Shown: positions 61,807 to 64,000 of the stretch, piece by piece
Numbering within the stretch: position 1 is the stretch's first letter
How the letters are laid out: every line of letters starts with the position of its first letter
NCBI GenBank assembly: GCA_965224085.1
Contig: CBDCYI010000005.1
Span: forward strand, 1,952,001-2,016,000
Length of the DNA stretch: 64,000 nucleotides
Direction of reading: 5' to 3'
DNA from: Candidatus Marinacidobacterales bacterium
GTDB lineage: Bacteria; Acidobacteriota; Vicinamibacteria; Marinacidobacterales; SMYC01
Notes under the pieces: generated by a model
Seen by the model: the letters and a program-made list of their open reading frames with translations, nothing else
Databases searched by the model: none
Told to the model about the DNA's origin: nothing
Position numbers and translations under genes: made by a program

Positions 61807-63012
61807 ATGCGACAGGTCGTCATCACGAGCGCCGTGCGACTCCCCATCGGGCGATTCCTAGGCTCGCTCAAGGAAGTGCACACCGGTGAAATGGGCGCGA
61901 CGGTGGCGAAAGCCGCTCTCGACCGATCCGGCATCGAAGGCTCATGCGTCGACGAGGTGGTTACGTCCGAAACTTATCGCGGCGACTTGCCGGGCTGCTC
62001 CGCTCGTCCCATTGGACTGAAGGCTTTAGTTCCGCTCGAGGTTCCGGGCTTCAACCTCAACATGCACTGCGGCACCGGCCTGAAGGCCGTTGTGCTGGCG
62101 AGTCAGATGATCCGATGCGGCGACGCGGACGTCGTTCTGGTGATCACCGTGGAGTCGATGAGCCGCGCTGCTTTCTTCCTTCGCAACGCTCGTGCAGGCT
62201 TCCGCCTCGGCCACGCCACCGTCGTCGACCAGCTCGTCCAGAAGGGCGACCCGGCACGCGATCCCCGCCTGGACCCGACGGCGAAATTCTCGATGGGGGA
62301 GACGGCGGAAAATCTCGCCGAGAAGTACTCGATCTCGCGGGAACGCCAGGACGAGTACGCGCTCCGATCCCAACAGCGCGCCGCCGAGGCCATGGGAGAG
62401 GATCGCTTCGCGAGCCAGCTCGTTCCGATCGAAGTACCCCGGGGACGGAACGAGACGGCTCTTTTCGACGAGGACGAACATCCGCGGCCGGACGCGACGA
62501 TCGAAGCGCTCGCACGGCTGCGGCCGGTCTTCACGGACGGGGGTACGGTCACCGCCGGCAACTCCAGTGGCATGAACGATGGCGCCGCCGCGCTGGTGCT
62601 GATGTCGGAAGAGCGCGCCCGAGGGCTGGGGGCAGAGCGGCTCGGTCGCCTCGTCGGGCACGCCTCGGCCGGCGTTGCTCCCGAGCACATGGGGCTGGGG
62701 CCCGTCCCGGCAACGCGCAAGCTCTTGAGGCGCATCGAGCGCGGCCTGGACGACTTTGCCGTGATCGAGCTGAACGAGGCCTTCGCCGCTCAGGTGCTCG
62801 CCTGCTTCGAGGAGTATCCGGAGCTTGGCCAGAAGCTCGACCGCATCAACGTCAACGGCTCCGGAATCTCCCTGGGCCACCCCATCGGGGCCACTGGGGG
62901 TATCCTCGCGGTCAAGGCCCTCCACGAACTCCGACGGATCGGGGGCGGGCTCGGCCTCCTCACGATGTGCATCGGCGGAGGCCAGGGGATCGCAGTGGCG
63001 GTCGAAACGTGA
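61807..63012 (+). CDS. thiolase (acetyl-CoA C-acyltransferase)
   Basis: Catalytic 'HCGTG', [12 protein letters not shown] and CIGGG. Confidence 0.93.
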   Translation: MRQVVITSAVRLPIGRFLGSLKEVHTGEMGATVAKAALDRSGIEGSCVDEVVTSETYRGDLPGCSARPIGLKALVPLEVPGFNLNMHCGTGLKAVVLASQMIRCGDADVVLVITVESMSRAAFFLRNARAGFRLGHATVVDQLVQKGDPARDPRLDPTAKFSMGETAENLAEKYSISRERQDEYALRSQQRAAEAMGEDRFASQLVPIEVPRGRNETALFDEDEHPRPDATIEALARLRPVFTDGGTVTAGNSSGMNDGAAALVLMSEERARGLGAERLGRLVGHASAGVAPEHMGLGPVPATRKLLRRIERGLDDFAVIELNEAFAAQVLACFEEYPELGQKLDRINVNGSGISLGHPIGATGGILAVKALHELRRIGGGLGLLTMCIGGGQGIAVAVET

Positions 63013-63019
63013 CCGCCCT

Positions 63020-63262
63020 CTATTCACCTTCCTGCGACGCTTCGGAAGACAGAAGGTGAACCTCGTAGAGCAGCTCTTCTTTGGTCTCGAAGTAGTAGTA
63101 GATGCTCGCCTTGGTGACGTCCAGCTCGGCCGCGATCTCATCCAACGTGGTTGCGTGAAACCCTTTACGGCCAAAAGCTTGCGCGGCCGCGCGAACGATG
63201 AGCTCCCGCTTGCGGCTGAAACGCGCGCCCTTCTTGGGTAGGTCGGGTTTCGTCGTCGCCAT
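63020..63262 (-). pseudogene. TetR-family regulator, HTH domain only
   Basis: 'GFHATTLDEIAAELDVTKASIYYYFETKEELL'; only 80 aa, so the ligand-binding domain is missing. Confidence 0.75.
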
Positions 63263-63365
63263 CTTGGACTCCTTTACCTTTGCGGCTCATTGCGCGCTCA
63301 TGCCATGCGTGGTGTTGTCGGTCCCACCCCCAACCAGTCCGGCGCGTTCGTTCGGGACGGTAGCA

Positions 63366-64000
63366 TCAGGATACATTGAGAGCCTGGCCCCCGTCGATGC
63401 GCAGGATCGAGCCGGTCATGAACTCCGAGGCGTCGGAGGCGAGGTAGTTGACGAGTGGTCCGATCTCGGGAGGGTTCCCGAACCGGCGCAGGGGGATGCG
63501 CGACAGCACCCGCTGGCGGAGCTCGGGGTCCTCGAGCACCGCTTTGGGCATGTCGGTCTCGAAGTAGCCGGGCGCGATCCCGTTGACTGTGATCCGGTAG
63601 CGGGCCCACTCGACGGCCAGCGTCTGCACGAGCTGGTGGAGCCCGCCCTTCGAGGCATTGTAGGCGACGGTGAGCGGAAGCGCCCGCCCAACGAAGGTCG
63701 TGCCGAAAATGACGATCCGGCCACCTTGCTCTTTCATTGTGGACGCCACCTCGCGCGCGACGAGAAAAGCTCCTGTCAGGTTGGTTGTGAGAACGCGATC
63801 CCAGTCCGCTTTTGTGGTCTGAAGTGCCGGGGCCGCGTGCATTGTCCCGGCGGAGTAGACGAGGATGTCGATGCGGCCGAAATGATCCGAGACCGCGCCA
63901 ACCCCGTTCCGGATCGATTCCTCCGCGGTGACGTCCGCGACGGTGAAAAAGCTTCGGTGACCCTTCTCCTTGATGGCCCCCGCGACGGCGACGAGCGCAT
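63366..64000 (-). CDS. SDR-family oxidoreductase (start outside window)
   Basis: YNASK, 'VNGIAPGYF' and 'TGSILRIDGG'. Confidence 0.88.
   Translation of the reverse strand, partial: ALVAVAGAIKEKGHRSFFTVADVTAEESIRNGVGAVSDHFGRIDILVYSAGTMHAAPALQTTKADWDRVLTTNLTGAFLVAREVASTMKEQGGRIVIFGTTFVGRALPLTVAYNASKGGLHQLVQTLAVEWARYRITVNGIAPGYFETDMPKAVLEDPELRQRVLSRIPLRRFGNPPEIGPLVNYLASDASEFMTGSILRIDGGQALNVS

Overview
GC-rich bacterial window. The TonB-receptor tail and PQQ/beta-propeller repertoire suggest Acidobacteriota, which is inference only. It has two halves. (1) About 1-35 kb is a heavily eroded defence/mobile island. It holds the N-terminus of an IS110 transposase (missed by the ORF track) with a candidate bridge-RNA region, and remnants of McrBC, SIR2, type I HsdR, an HTH/ImmA-IrrE pair, an MmeI-like RM fusion and BREX brxL. 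It also has a large uncharacterised protein coupled to a DUF1998-type DEAD/DEAH helicase (Druantia-III-like), two apparently intact orphan nucleases, a group II intron 3' remnant, many IS fragments, several families of short IS-end/MITE repeats and a thrice-repeated ~300 bp non-coding module. brxL is cleanly split by a 1041 bp transposase-less cassette with terminal inverted repeats, an 8 bp target duplication and NrdR-box-like palindromes. (2) About 35-64 kb is a mostly intact catabolic region. It contains four SDRs (one lacking catalytic residues), a Na+/solute symporter, a cupin, an aminotransferase, a cyclase, a polar amino-acid ABC transporter and two PQQ dehydrogenases. These are followed by an AtuA pair with a carboxyltransferase and an LLM/2-oxoacid dehydrogenase/hydratase/thiolase operon, and several promoters share an operator-like palindrome. 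Many genes end at abrupt junctions, so assembly artefact cannot be excluded. All family calls come from motif recognition by eye; no searches were run.
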